From an uncultured Gemmatimonadaceae bacterium (GTDB lineage: Bacteria > Gemmatimonadota > Gemmatimonadetes > Gemmatimonadales > Gemmatimonadaceae): a DNA stretch of 64,000 nt. The notes under the pieces are model-generated. The model was not told the origin of the DNA. It did no database searches and worked only from the letters and a program-made list of their open reading frames with translations. Positions 39,429-49,103 of this stretch are shown here, one piece after another. The first letter of the stretch is position 1. Each line of letters starts with the position of its first letter. Both the position numbers and the translations under genes were made by a program. Where the stretch lies: the NCBI GenBank assembly GCA_963740355.1, contig CAVUDW010000003.1, positions 704,001-768,000 on the forward strand, written 5' to 3'.

Positions 39429-40115
39429 CTACATTTTCAGCCCCTGCCTTCCCGACGCCAGATCGGCCAGAACGCCGACGTGAACATCCAGCGCATCGAT
39501 CACCGCATACCCCGGGTTGTGCCCCTCGAACGCCAGGTTGAGATCCGTCCCGGCCAGCACGATCGCATCCGCCCCCTGCTCCTCCACCATCCGCCGGCCC
39601 GCGGCGAACATGACCTCGCGCTGCTCAGGCGTGCAGACCCCACTCACGGCGATGTCCTGATAGAGCTGGCCGAGCCGCTCGATGTCATCGTCGATGGCCA
39701 CGGCTGACGTCTTCACGAGTTGACCGTAAAGCCGCGTACGCATCACGACCCGCGTGCCAAGCAGGCCGACGCGAGCGATACCCGCGTTGGCGAAGAAGTC
39801 GTCCAATGGCTGCACGGCAGAGACGAGCGGCAAGGCGGCGATGCGCGCGGTTTCGTCGAAGCAGAAGTGCCCGCCGAGCGAGGTGATGGCCGCACACTCG
39901 GCGCCGGCAGCCTTGAGGCGATCGATCAACGCCGCATAGATCACGGCCTGCTCCTCGCGCTGGTCCGCGAGGTTGTGCTTGATGAGGGTGTGGATATCCG
40001 CCTGGACGATCGTCAACTCCAGTGGCGAATCGAGCTCGCGCATGCGCGCACAGAGCCGCTGGTAGTAGACCACCGTGGCAGCGGGACCGATTCCGCCGAT
40101 CAAGCCGATGTGCAT
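39429..40115 (-). CDS. Aspartate/glutamate racemase family protein
   Basis: IGLIGGIGPAAT..YY, VGLLGT, GADAIVLAGTDL, IDALDVHV. Confidence 0.88.
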   Translation of the reverse strand: MHIGLIGGIGPAATVVYYQRLCARMRELDSPLELTIVQADIHTLIKHNLADQREEQAVIYAALIDRLKAAGAECAAITSLGGHFCFDETARIAALPLVSAVQPLDDFFANAGIARVGLLGTRVVMRTRLYGQLVKTSAVAIDDDIERLGQLYQDIAVSGVCTPEQREVMFAAGRRMVEEQGADAIVLAGTDLNLAFEGHNPGYAVIDALDVHVGVLADLASGRQGLKM

Positions 40116-40342
40116 CGTGTTGCTCCACCGCGCTGGGTGTGGGCACGGTTTTGACGTGGTGACTGGGCGGGAGACTCGAGAAAGAATTGCCCACCTGTGA
40201 TACATCGCGGAGGTGCGGCAGACAACGGCGCCGGCTGTTGACACCAGCTTCTCAGCGCAGCACACTGCTCGGGTCCGGTGGCGGCCGGGCCACCTTTTCA
40301 ACGGAATGTGCAGGTCTTCAGCGGTTCTCTCCGGGCCTCGAC

Positions 40343-41053
40343 ATGAGCGAGCAGGACGACTTTCACGCTGGTCTCCGCGCCGGACAGACCGGCAGTGTCT
40401 TCGGCCCACAGAGTGAGGCAGGCCGCGCGGGCTTCAACGCCGGTGTCGGCCTCGCACGGCAACAGCCGGGCGCCGGAAGTCCCGAATGGTTGATCGCGCC
40501 GGTCGTCCTCTCCCCTTTCGTCGCGATCTTCTACCCCGTCGCCACCGCAGCCGCACTGGCCGTCGGCCTCACGGTCGAGCGCGTGGTGAATGCGATTGGA
40601 CTCGGCGGTAACTCACTCGTCAGATGGGCGTTCGTGATCGGAGCGATCGTGGCGGTGTTCTGGCCGCTCTGTCGACGCGATCAGGTCTGGGGCCTCAATC
40701 GCACCTACTACCTGATCCGACATGGCGTGCGGCTGCTGATCATCGCGCTGCTGCTCAACGGTGCGGCGCAGAACGGCGCGGCGAGCGCCAACAACCTGCC
40801 TATCATGCCGGCCATGACGGCGATGTTCAAGACGCCGATCCAGTGGTTGCCGGTACTGCTGGGCGTTGGCGCGATGCAGCTCTTCTTCATGCGCGCATAT
40901 CAGTGGCGCATCTACTGGAATATTCGCCTGAAGATGTGGCATCTCCGGCCGAAGGGATTCGAGCCCTTTTACTTCACGTGGCGAAAGGCGAAACCCGACG
41001 CGGTGACCACGCAAGCACCGATCGAGTTGCCGCGCCAGCGCTTCACGGAGTAG
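40343..41053 (+). CDS. Hypothetical membrane protein
   Basis: Several TM segments and coding-like codon usage. Confidence 0.7.
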   Translation: MSEQDDFHAGLRAGQTGSVFGPQSEAGRAGFNAGVGLARQQPGAGSPEWLIAPVVLSPFVAIFYPVATAAALAVGLTVERVVNAIGLGGNSLVRWAFVIGAIVAVFWPLCRRDQVWGLNRTYYLIRHGVRLLIIALLLNGAAQNGAASANNLPIMPAMTAMFKTPIQWLPVLLGVGAMQLFFMRAYQWRIYWNIRLKMWHLRPKGFEPFYFTWRKAKPDAVTTQAPIELPRQRFTE

Positions 41054-41154
41054 TTCGTACGCCGCATCGGCGCCCGCCTGCGCCGCACGCGGTCACGAGC
41101 GTGCGCGTGATTCCCACACTTCGGCATCTCATGTCCTCCGGCCTACGACGCACC

Positions 41155-43098
41155 ATGCGGAACTCTGCGTTCGCCATCGTTGTCGCGACGCTCATCGTCA
41201 CCTCGAACGGCGTCGCGCAGACGTTCTCACTCGAGCAGTACGCCAATGTCGGTCGTGTGACCGACGTCCGCGTCGCGCCACAGGGTGATCGCTCGGTGAT
41301 GGTGGTGGCGTGGCCGAACTACGAGAGCAATGCGTGGGAGTCCGAGCTGGTCGAGGTGAACCTGCAGTCGAAGGCGATGCGCACGCTCACGCAACGCAAG
41401 ACAGCCGCATCCCCGCGCTGGTCACCGTCCGGTGATCGACTGTCGTTCCTGACGACGGTGGATGGCAAGCGTCAACTCTTCGTGATGTCGGTCGGTGGCG
41501 GCGACGCAAGACAGGTGACGAAGTCCTCCACTGGTGTCGGCAACTACGCGTGGAAGCCCGACGGGTCGGCGTTCGCGTACACTGCGCTGGAAGTGCCACC
41601 CACCAAGGGAAAGTTCGACGACGCGTTCGAGGTCAATGGCAATGACTACCTGACCCTGGCCGCACCACGATCGGTGCAACTCTGGCAGGTTGGCGCCGAT
41701 GGCAGTGCGGAACGGACCATCGCACGCGGTACATGGTCGATTCCTTCGCTTGCCTCGACGGTAGCCTGGACGGCGGATGGCAAGTCGATCGTTTTCACCA
41801 GGCAGGATTCGCCGGGTTCACGCGAGTGGGAGCGACGTGCACTGGCCGTGGTGGATGTCGCGACCGGCGCCCTCAGTGGCATCCGCGGCATCGAGTCGAG
41901 GAAGTGCGGTTCGGCGTATCTCTCGCCTGACGGCGCGCAGATGTTGCTCTCCTGCCCCGTTGATTCACATGTCAAGAATCAGTCGGAGCTGGTGCTGCTG
42001 CCGGCCGCCGGTGGCACAGCCGTCAACCTGACGTCCGCGATCGATCGCAACTTCGGGCGCGGCATCTGGCGTGCCGACTCGAAGAGCATCGTCGCCTTCA
42101 CGGCCGATGGCACAGGCAGTGCGATCTGGGAAATTCCCACGACCGGCGCACCGCGCCGTCGCGAGTTCGGGAAGGTCGCCGTCTCGGATCTCGATGTCGC
42201 CCCTGACGGCACGATCATCTTCATTGGCAGCACCCCGTCACGTCCGGCCGAGCTGTACGCGTTGCGTCCGAACTCGACGACGCCCGAGCGCCTCACCGAT
42301 CTGCACGCCAACATCGCGAAGCTGACGCTCGGCGCGGTCGAGGCGATCAGCTGGAAGAACGACAACCTGCCGCTCGACGGTGTGATCACCTTCCCGCCCG
42401 GCTTCGATGCGACGAAGAAGTATCCGCTGCTGCTGAACATCCACGGCGGTCCATGGGGTTCGTCGCGCGAGACCTTCACACCGCTCTCGCAGCTACTAGC
42501 CTCGAAGGGGTTCATCGTCTTCGAGCCGAACTATCGCGGCAGCGACAACCACGGCAATGCGCTCTACTCGGCCGTCTACCGCGACCATGGCGCCGGTCCC
42601 GGGCGCGACATCATGGCGGGCCTCGCGATCCTCAAGGCGCGGCCCTATGTGGACGCGACACGTATCGGCGTCTCGGGTTGGTCGTACGGCGGGTACATGA
42701 CGACCTGGCTGATCGGCCACTTCAATGGCTGGAAGGCCGCCATGGCTGGCGCACCCGTGATCGACCTGGTGGATGACTACAACCTGAACGACCTGTCGCT
42801 TTTCATCCGCGCCTATGGCGAAACGCTCAGCTTCCCGAAGGACCTGGCGTTGATGAAGGAGCAGTCGCCGATGACGTATGTCGACAACATGAACACGCCG
42901 CTGTTGCTGCTGTCGAATACCGGCGACGTTCGCGTGCCGGTGACGCAGTCGTACAAGCTGCTGAATGCGCTGCGTGAACGCGGCAAGGATGTCCGCATGA
43001 AGCTCTGGCCCGTTGCCGGTCACTTCCCTGCTGACCCGTGGCGCGCGCGGGACATCGATCGCGAGTGGGCGGCGTATTTCGAGGAACGGCTGCGCTGA
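41155..43098 (+). CDS. S9 family peptidase (prolyl oligopeptidase/acylaminoacyl peptidase)
   Basis: IHGGP, NYRGS, GWSYGG nucleophile, GDVRVP, GH. Confidence 0.95.
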   Translation: MRNSAFAIVVATLIVTSNGVAQTFSLEQYANVGRVTDVRVAPQGDRSVMVVAWPNYESNAWESELVEVNLQSKAMRTLTQRKTAASPRWSPSGDRLSFLTTVDGKRQLFVMSVGGGDARQVTKSSTGVGNYAWKPDGSAFAYTALEVPPTKGKFDDAFEVNGNDYLTLAAPRSVQLWQVGADGSAERTIARGTWSIPSLASTVAWTADGKSIVFTRQDSPGSREWERRALAVVDVATGALSGIRGIESRKCGSAYLSPDGAQMLLSCPVDSHVKNQSELVLLPAAGGTAVNLTSAIDRNFGRGIWRADSKSIVAFTADGTGSAIWEIPTTGAPRRREFGKVAVSDLDVAPDGTIIFIGSTPSRPAELYALRPNSTTPERLTDLHANIAKLTLGAVEAISWKNDNLPLDGVITFPPGFDATKKYPLLLNIHGGPWGSSRETFTPLSQLLASKGFIVFEPNYRGSDNHGNALYSAVYRDHGAGPGRDIMAGLAILKARPYVDATRIGVSGWSYGGYMTTWLIGHFNGWKAAMAGAPVIDLVDDYNLNDLSLFIRAYGETLSFPKDLALMKEQSPMTYVDNMNTPLLLLSNTGDVRVPVTQSYKLLNALRERGKDVRMKLWPVAGHFPADPWRARDIDREWAAYFEERLR

Positions 43099-43124
43099 CC
43101 GATCATGGGCTCACCCTACGCACC

Positions 43125-43649
43125 ATGACGATGCAGTACGACCTCCAGCCCACGCTTCGCGGCGCACTGGTCGAACTGCGCCCGTTGGCTGCCGAAGACT
43201 GGCACACGCTCTACGCGGTTGCCTCCGACCCGTTGATCTGGGCGCAACACCCGTCGAGCGATCGGTACCAGGAAGCAGTCTTTCGTGAGTTCTTCCGAGT
43301 CGCGCTCGAGACGCAGTCCGCTTTCACGGTGCGAGACGTTGCCACAGGCGCCGTCATCGGCTCGACACGCTATGCCGGCTACAACCCTGCTGAGCGCGAG
43401 ATCGAGATTGGCTGGACTTTCCTGGCTCGATCGCACTGGGGCGGTCGCTACAACAGTGAAATGAAGCAGTTGATGCTCCACCACGCCTTCCGGTTCGTCG
43501 ATCGCGCGCTCTTCGTCATCGGTGCCGCGAACACACGTTCCCGAACCGCGATCGCGCGCATTGGTGCCACCTTGCTGGAGTCGCACCCCGCTGGTGGCCA
43601 GGACCACGTCGTGTACGCCGTGCACAGGGACGCGAGCAGGGCGAGCTGA
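43125..43649 (+). CDS. GNAT family N-acetyltransferase (RimJ/RimL-like)
   Basis: SDPLIW.QHP, IGSTRY, EIGWTFL, N.RSR.AI.RIGA. Confidence 0.9.
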   Translation: MTMQYDLQPTLRGALVELRPLAAEDWHTLYAVASDPLIWAQHPSSDRYQEAVFREFFRVALETQSAFTVRDVATGAVIGSTRYAGYNPAEREIEIGWTFLARSHWGGRYNSEMKQLMLHHAFRFVDRALFVIGAANTRSRTAIARIGATLLESHPAGGQDHVVYAVHRDASRAS

Positions 43650-43762
43650 CTCGGCAAGTGAACCGATGTTGCGCGACGCACCCTCACCAACCTGCAGCGC
43701 GACTCTGCGCCGTTCGGCACGGTGATCGAGCTCGAAGGGTCAGTGGGAGTGATTCACATTCC

Positions 43763-44407
43763 CTAGTGTGTCCTGACCAGCGTGACTGCATCACCGAGGC
43801 GAATGCTCCCGGGTTGCACCACCTCCGCATTGAGCGCCAGTCGTCCAGCGAACCGGCGGCCGATATCGCGGAGCACCTCAGGATCACGCACCAGAGTGTC
43901 TGGATCCACGGTCGTCATCGGGCAGCGTGGGCGGAGTGAGTCGAGCCGAATGATCGCGTCACCCACGTGGAGGTACGCACCCTCCCACGTCACTTCCTCC
44001 ATGCCTTCCACGCCGCCGATGAGGATGTTGGGGCGAAGGCGCCGGATGTCGCGACCGAATGCGGTGACCGCACCGTCGGTCGCGACGAGGAGCGGCAGAA
44101 TGTCGAAGCGGCCAGCCTGGCCAGACGATTGCATCCACGCGTCCTGACCGGCTGCCGCGCGCACCAGTGACTGTGCGGCAGCACTCTCCCACGGCAGGCC
44201 ATCGACAAGGGCTTCGCCGTCGGGCCCGAGCGTACCATGCAGACCGAGCAGGCGGTGATGTCGGCGCGACGTACGCACGCCTTCGGGTCCGTACACCTGC
44301 ACGATCCGGTCACCGGGAATGCCGCCCTGCGTGAGTTGGGCGCGCTCGATCGGCTCGCCGGCGAGTGACTTCACTGGATAGCGCCACAAACCGTCGATGC
44401 GCAGCAT
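43763..44407 (-). CDS. MOSC domain protein
   Basis: LWRYPVKSLAGE, GDR, RRLRPNI, RCPMTT, GSIRLGD. Confidence 0.92.
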   Translation of the reverse strand: MLRIDGLWRYPVKSLAGEPIERAQLTQGGIPGDRIVQVYGPEGVRTSRRHHRLLGLHGTLGPDGEALVDGLPWESAAAQSLVRAAAGQDAWMQSSGQAGRFDILPLLVATDGAVTAFGRDIRRLRPNILIGGVEGMEEVTWEGAYLHVGDAIIRLDSLRPRCPMTTVDPDTLVRDPEVLRDIGRRFAGRLALNAEVVQPGSIRLGDAVTLVRTH

Positions 44408-44856
44408 CAGTCACCTGCACCGGCGTCGGAGGCGAGTATGGCGGACGGCAGGATACGGCGCTCGTCGAAGCGAATCGGCGCGTCGTTGATACTGGCAAAG
44501 CGACGCGCCATGAGTCCGAACTCGTCGAACTCCCACAGCTCATTGCCGTACGACCGATACCACTGGCCGGACCCGTCGCGCCACTCGTACTCGAATCGCA
44601 CCGCAATCCGGTTCTCCCGGAAGCCCCATAGCTCCTTCTTCAGGCGATACTCCTGTTCCTTCTGCCACTTCTGCGTCAGGAAGGCGCGAATTTCATCGCG
44701 ACCATTCAGGAAATCCGTGCGGTTCCTCCACTCGGAATTCTCGGTGTACGCCATGGCGACTCGCTCAGGGTCGCGGCTGTTCCACGCGTCCTCGGCGGCC
44801 TGCACCTTGGCGAGCGCAGTATCCATGGTGAATGGCGGACGAATCGGGCTGTTCAC
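44407..44856 (-). CDS. DUF1348 / NTF2-like protein
   Basis: [37 protein letters not shown]. Confidence 0.92.
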   Translation of the reverse strand: MNSPIRPPFTMDTALAKVQAAEDAWNSRDPERVAMAYTENSEWRNRTDFLNGRDEIRAFLTQKWQKEQEYRLKKELWGFRENRIAVRFEYEWRDGSGQWYRSYGNELWEFDEFGLMARRFASINDAPIRFDERRILPSAILASDAGAGD

Positions 44857-44946
44857 GTGTGCTCCTGTTGAAACCGAATGGGCGCGCGGATGTGCGCGAA
44901 GGGACTGGTGATCGCCGGCGACCGGTGCAGGTCGCCGGCCGCACCG

Positions 44947-45492
44947 TCATGCCGCGACGTCGAGCACGACCTCAGGGAAGTCGATGGTGGTCTCACTCAC
45001 GTTGTTCAGGTAGTTGGTGAACACGTTGAGCGCGACATGTCCGACGACCTCGACGATCTCCGCATCCGTGACGCCTGCGGCACGAGCGTCGGCGAGTGCC
45101 GCGTCGGTGACCATACCACGCGTGTTATTGATCGCCACTGCGAGCTTGAGTAGCGCTGCGGTCCGCGGCTGTGCTGACACGGCGCGCTTGGCGGCGGCCA
45201 ATTCCGCCTGATCCAGCCCATGCATTGCTCCGATGGCCGTGTGCGCCGACAGGCAGTAGCCGCAGCCATTCGACTGTGCGACCGCAATGGCGATCTGCTC
45301 ACCGACCTTGCCGCCCAGCGTACCCTTGCCCACGCTGGCAAACATGCCGAGCATGGCACCGAGCGTGGATGGCGCATTGGCGGCGGTGGTGACCAGGTTC
45401 GGCGTTCCACCGAACATCTTCTTCGCGGTGGCAAGGTGCGTTGCGACGTCGCCGGTGGCGGTCGCTGGATCGATCGGGTGAATACGGGGCAT
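44947..45492 (-). CDS. Carboxymuconolactone decarboxylase / AhpD-like peroxidase
   Basis: EQIAIAVAQSNGCGYCLSAH, TNYLN...TTIDFP. Confidence 0.92.
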   Translation of the reverse strand: MPRIHPIDPATATGDVATHLATAKKMFGGTPNLVTTAANAPSTLGAMLGMFASVGKGTLGGKVGEQIAIAVAQSNGCGYCLSAHTAIGAMHGLDQAELAAAKRAVSAQPRTAALLKLAVAINNTRGMVTDAALADARAAGVTDAEIVEVVGHVALNVFTNYLNNVSETTIDFPEVVLDVAA

Positions 45493-45561
45493 GACTGGCT
45501 CCAAAACGTGTATGTAGGTGACGTTCGATGGGGGAATTGCGCATTCCCCGAGTGTTATCGT

Positions 45562-45592
45562 GTTAGTGGCAGGGTTGGCCGAGATCTTACCT
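45562..45592 (-). promoter_or_regulatory. Putative ECF sigma promoter AGGTAAGATCT-N11-GCCACTAAC
   Basis: An identical bipartite motif with the same spacing recurs at 47136-47166; lies 70 bp upstream of the AhpD-like start. Confidence 0.7.
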
Positions 45593-45611
45593 GAGCGGGA
45601 GTGAGCGACCG

Positions 45612-46025
45612 ATGGAACCGCAATCCGGGCCGGGTACCGAGCGCAAGGCGGTACTGCGTGCCGCATCAGAGGCGTTCTTCGCCGCGCTCAACCAGAAGGA
45701 TTTCGAGGCAATTCCCTACGACGAAAATGTGATCTTCCGTGCGCCGATTGCGCCGGGCGGCCGGCACTTCCCTTTGTTCGGCCGCGCGGCCCTGCGCACG
45801 ATCTGGTGGCCACCGCTGGCACCGATGCTCTGGGAGGCACGAATCGTCTCGCACTACTTCAACGATGACCTGACGGCGATCGTGACCGAGGCGGATATCC
45901 ATACCCGCAATCCGAAGGCAACGCTTCGCGTGGCCGATCGATTCGTCGTCAACGATGCCGGCAGGATCATTGAGCAGGAGAACCACTTCGACCCGCGGGA
46001 TGTGACGACACCGGGCTGGCGGTGA
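45612..46025 (+). CDS. SnoaL/NTF2-like protein
   Basis: FFAALNQKDF, VADRFVVNDAGRIIEQENHFDPR. Confidence 0.75.
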   Translation: MEPQSGPGTERKAVLRAASEAFFAALNQKDFEAIPYDENVIFRAPIAPGGRHFPLFGRAALRTIWWPPLAPMLWEARIVSHYFNDDLTAIVTEADIHTRNPKATLRVADRFVVNDAGRIIEQENHFDPRDVTTPGWR

Positions 46026-46073
46026 CGCCGACGTCGCGTCGGCACCACCGCATTGCCCAGCGTCCGCCGTGGC

Positions 46074-47033
46074 CTACTTCGGTACCTTCGCCTGATAGAA
46101 CCGCTTCATGAGTGCACCCACTTCGACGGCGTGATCCTCGAGCACGAAGTGACCACCATCAAGGAAGTGCAGCTCGGCAGCCGGGACGTCGTGCAGGTAG
46201 GCGCTGGCACCAGCCTGGGTGAAGAAGACGTCGCCCTTGCCCCAGACGATCAGTGTCGGTGGATGGTTGTCGCGCAGGAACTTCTGCCATGCCGGATAGA
46301 GTGGCACATTCTTTCGATAGTCGTAGAGCAGATCGAGGTTGGCACGATGTGCACCAGGTCGCGACAGGAAGAAGAGATCTGAATTCCATGCATCCGGGCT
46401 GATCTTTGCTGGATCGGGCGAGCCGGTGAGGTAGATCTGCTTCACGCCGGCGAGCTCGAGAAAGCCTTCCAACGGGCGCTCGGTGTCTGCGTTTCGGTTC
46501 TTCCAGAGCGCGCCACGCAGGGCATCCCACACACCAGTGAATCCCTCCTCGTACGTGTTGCCATTCTGGATGATGAGCCACTGCAGCCAATCGGGATGCC
46601 GCGCAAAGATCCGGTTGCCGATTGGCCCACCATAGTCCTGCAGGTAGAAGCCCGCACGCGTGACATGCAGTTGCACCAGAAGCTGCTCCGTGATCGAGGC
46701 GAGGTGATCGAACGAATACTCGAAGGTCGCGGGATCAGGTAACGTCGTGTTGCCGAAGCCGGGGTAGTCCGGCGCAATCACGTGAAATTTCGCCGAAAGC
46801 TCCGGAATCAGGTCGCGAAACATGTGCGACGACGATGGAAAACCTCCCAGCAATACGACAGTCGGCTTCCGCGGATCTCCGGCCTCGCGATAGAAGACGT
46901 TGAGCCCCTCGATCGTGATCGAGCGATAGTGGATGGCGGCGGCAGCAGTGGCCGTCGAGTCAGGCCCGGCGTGGCGGGCGGCGGCGGGCGGCGTGGCGAG
47001 CAATGCCGCCACGGCGAGTAAATGGTGCAACAT
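46074..47033 (-). CDS. Alpha/beta hydrolase (epoxide hydrolase/haloalkane dehalogenase-like), secreted
   Basis: GFPSSSHMFR, APDYPGFG, QDYGGP, GHF.LE. Confidence 0.92.
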   Translation of the reverse strand: MLHHLLAVAALLATPPAAARHAGPDSTATAAAAIHYRSITIEGLNVFYREAGDPRKPTVVLLGGFPSSSHMFRDLIPELSAKFHVIAPDYPGFGNTTLPDPATFEYSFDHLASITEQLLVQLHVTRAGFYLQDYGGPIGNRIFARHPDWLQWLIIQNGNTYEEGFTGVWDALRGALWKNRNADTERPLEGFLELAGVKQIYLTGSPDPAKISPDAWNSDLFFLSRPGAHRANLDLLYDYRKNVPLYPAWQKFLRDNHPPTLIVWGKGDVFFTQAGASAYLHDVPAAELHFLDGGHFVLEDHAVEVGALMKRFYQAKVPK

Positions 47034-47135
47034 GGGTCCCCTCAGGATTGGTAAGGAGGGGTGCCATGGATTCGCCCGGAAACTCCGTTGCGGAGCGTAT
47101 CAGTCGCGGTCACCCCTCGAGATCGTGTTCATCCC

Positions 47136-47166
47136 GTTAGTGGCCATGCGAGCGAAGATCTTACCT
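47136..47166 (-). promoter_or_regulatory. Putative ECF sigma promoter, second copy
   Basis: AGGTAAGATCT-tcgctcgcatg-GCCACTAAC on the minus strand, upstream of the hydrolase. Confidence 0.7.
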
Positions 47167-47168
47167 CG

Positions 47169-47402
47169 CTACCGTGACGGCGGCGGTTGATCCAGTTGAT
47201 CCAGCGCCGCGAGCAGCCCCGCGGTGTCTTCGCGACAGGCCGCGCAGTTGCGGATGTGCGTCATGAATTCCGCGTATCGCGCTTCGACGTCGACGCCGCG
47301 GCGCAGTGCCTCGACATATTCGTCGAGGACCTCGAACGCGCCATCGCACCCTGGGTCGCGGCCGGTGGTGCCGAGCAGGTGATCGAGCGGGTCGTGGCTC
47401 AT
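47169..47402 (-). CDS. Small zinc-finger (zf-HC2/ZAS) anti-sigma factor
   Basis: GC....EVLDEYV and HxxxCxxC (HIRNCAAC); overlaps the sigma stop. Confidence 0.85.
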   Translation of the reverse strand: MSHDPLDHLLGTTGRDPGCDGAFEVLDEYVEALRRGVDVEARYAEFMTHIRNCAACREDTAGLLAALDQLDQPPPSR

Positions 47403-48019
47403 GCCAGATGCTCCATGAAGCCGGCGTCAGTGAGCGCGCTGCGCAACTTGCGCCGCGCGTCGTGCAGTGTCTTGTAGATCGCGCCTCGTGAGCTGCAGTA
47501 TTGCTCTGCGATCACATCGATCGGAACGTCATCCACGGCAGCCGACTGGAAAATCTGCCGTTGACGATCGGTGAGCCGCTCGCGAACCGCGCGCGCCAGG
47601 GCCGCCGCCAGCTCCTCATTCTCGATGGTCCGGAGCGCCGACGGCGAACCATCGACGAGCCGCTCCAGGACAGCGTCATCCGCGTCGATATCGCGATGCC
47701 GCCACGCATGGCGCCGGAGGCGCGTCGACACCTCGAAAATCACGAACTTGCACGCCCACGTCGTGAATCGCGCCTGTCCGCGGAACTCATGCAACTTCCG
47801 GAGAATCGACATCACGGCATCGTTTGCGGCCTGGATACACAGGTCGTCAACCTCGTCGAGCGCTCGATCGGGCAGCATTCCCCGTCGACGAGACGCTTCC
47901 GACCGCGCCACACGCACGAGCAGTGCGTGAAGTCGACTGATCGCTTCATCGCGTACCATCCCCGGCGCATGGAGATCCTGCACCAGCGTGGCGGACTCCG
48001 CGTCGGCGTGAGAGGTCAT
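47399..48019 (-). CDS. ECF RNA polymerase sigma factor
   Basis: DDL, FRGQARFTTWACK (region 2); LTDRQRQIF, AIYKTLHDARRKLR (region 4). Confidence 0.9.
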   Translation of the reverse strand: MTSHADAESATLVQDLHAPGMVRDEAISRLHALLVRVARSEASRRRGMLPDRALDEVDDLCIQAANDAVMSILRKLHEFRGQARFTTWACKFVIFEVSTRLRRHAWRHRDIDADDAVLERLVDGSPSALRTIENEELAAALARAVRERLTDRQRQIFQSAAVDDVPIDVIAEQYCSSRGAIYKTLHDARRKLRSALTDAGFMEHLA

Positions 48020-48096
48020 CCCCGAACATAACACGCCATGCGCGAACACTGGTCGTGGCATTCCCGGCCTGCCACTACGTACCGACCGACCTCGAG

Positions 48097-49002
48097 CTAC
48101 GACTCCCGCTGCGAGTCCAGGTAGAGTTCAATTCCATCCAGCACCCGCTCCAGCCCGAAATCGAAACTCTCGTCCATCGTGCGCGGGCGTCCTCGCTTCA
48201 CCGGCAGCGGTGAGGCGTCGGTGATGCCGCCTGTGCTGGATGTGAGAATTGCCGACAACATCGGATACCGCGGATCGTTGATCGCGCGGCACAAGTCGGC
48301 ACCAACGGCCTCAGCCCACTGCTCCGGTGTGATCCCTCGAGCAGTCGCGCGCGCCAGCGAAATGATCGTATCGGAGCTGCCGTGCACGTACCCATGCACC
48401 ACGCTCAGCATGTCCATCATGTCCTCCGGACTCAGCCCCGCGTCCGCGATACTGGCGAGGAACGCTTCGTGCCAGCTCAACCAGTTCGGCCCATGCGGCG
48501 CCGCCACGAACGGCAATTCCGCGAGCCATGGTCGAGCGCACAGCATCGCGCGCTTCGCGTACGACCAGTGCTTCACTTCCGCACGCCAGCCTTCACGCGG
48601 ACCGCTACGCGGCGGCGGTACACCCATCGCTGCGTCGACTGCCGCGTCGACCAGCGCTTCCTTGTTGGGGAAGTAGCGGTAGAGCGCCATCGGTGTGAAC
48701 CCAAGCCGCGCCGCGACCGCGTGCATCGTCAACGCCGACAGGCCATCCCCGTCGGCAAGACTGATCGCGGCCTGCACCACATCTTCGCGGCTCGTCGCTG
48801 GCTTCGGCCCTCGGCTCGGCCGGAGCTGCGCGTCCCACAACAACTCGCTGCGCTTCCGCAGCTCGTCGCCCTCGCCGGCTGCTTTGACTGAGGCTGGTTG
48901 AGCCTTTCCGCGCGCCGGTTGTGCCGGCGCCCGCCCCGCTTTCGCCCGCCCTGCCTTCGCCTGCCCCGCCTTCGGGCGATCCGGCCCACTCCGTCCCGCC
49001 AT
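48097..49002 (-). CDS. TetR/AcrR family regulator
   Basis: RGPKP, AI.LADGDGL.ALTM..VA..LG..PMALYRYFPNKEAL, FDFGLERVLDGI. Confidence 0.93.
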   Translation of the reverse strand: MAGRSGPDRPKAGQAKAGRAKAGRAPAQPARGKAQPASVKAAGEGDELRKRSELLWDAQLRPSRGPKPATSREDVVQAAISLADGDGLSALTMHAVAARLGFTPMALYRYFPNKEALVDAAVDAAMGVPPPRSGPREGWRAEVKHWSYAKRAMLCARPWLAELPFVAAPHGPNWLSWHEAFLASIADAGLSPEDMMDMLSVVHGYVHGSSDTIISLARATARGITPEQWAEAVGADLCRAINDPRYPMLSAILTSSTGGITDASPLPVKRGRPRTMDESFDFGLERVLDGIELYLDSQRES

Positions 49003-49041
49003 TTGGCTCCCTGTTGAGCGGAAGCGTGCCCGGGTTGAAAC

Positions 49042-49079
49042 TGTTTACGCCGTACACCGTACCGTGTATGACGTAAACA
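49042..49079. promoter_or_regulatory. Probable TetR operator palindrome
   Basis: TGTTTACGCCGTACAC-N6-GTGTATGACGTAAACA (14/16 inverted match) in the divergent intergenic region; TTGAAA at 49035. Confidence 0.75.
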
Positions 49080-49103
49080 TAATCCCCCATCCGGAGCGCC
49101 TCA

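Noticed and set aside
39333..39707. 124-aa ORF starting in the repeat
   Set aside because: It begins inside the repeat and is antisense to the racemase-family gene
40624..41154. N-terminal extensions in the ORF track (e.g. 40624, 32792, 57135, 12851-13687)
   Set aside because: They overlap other genes; downstream starts with signal peptides or RBS fit better
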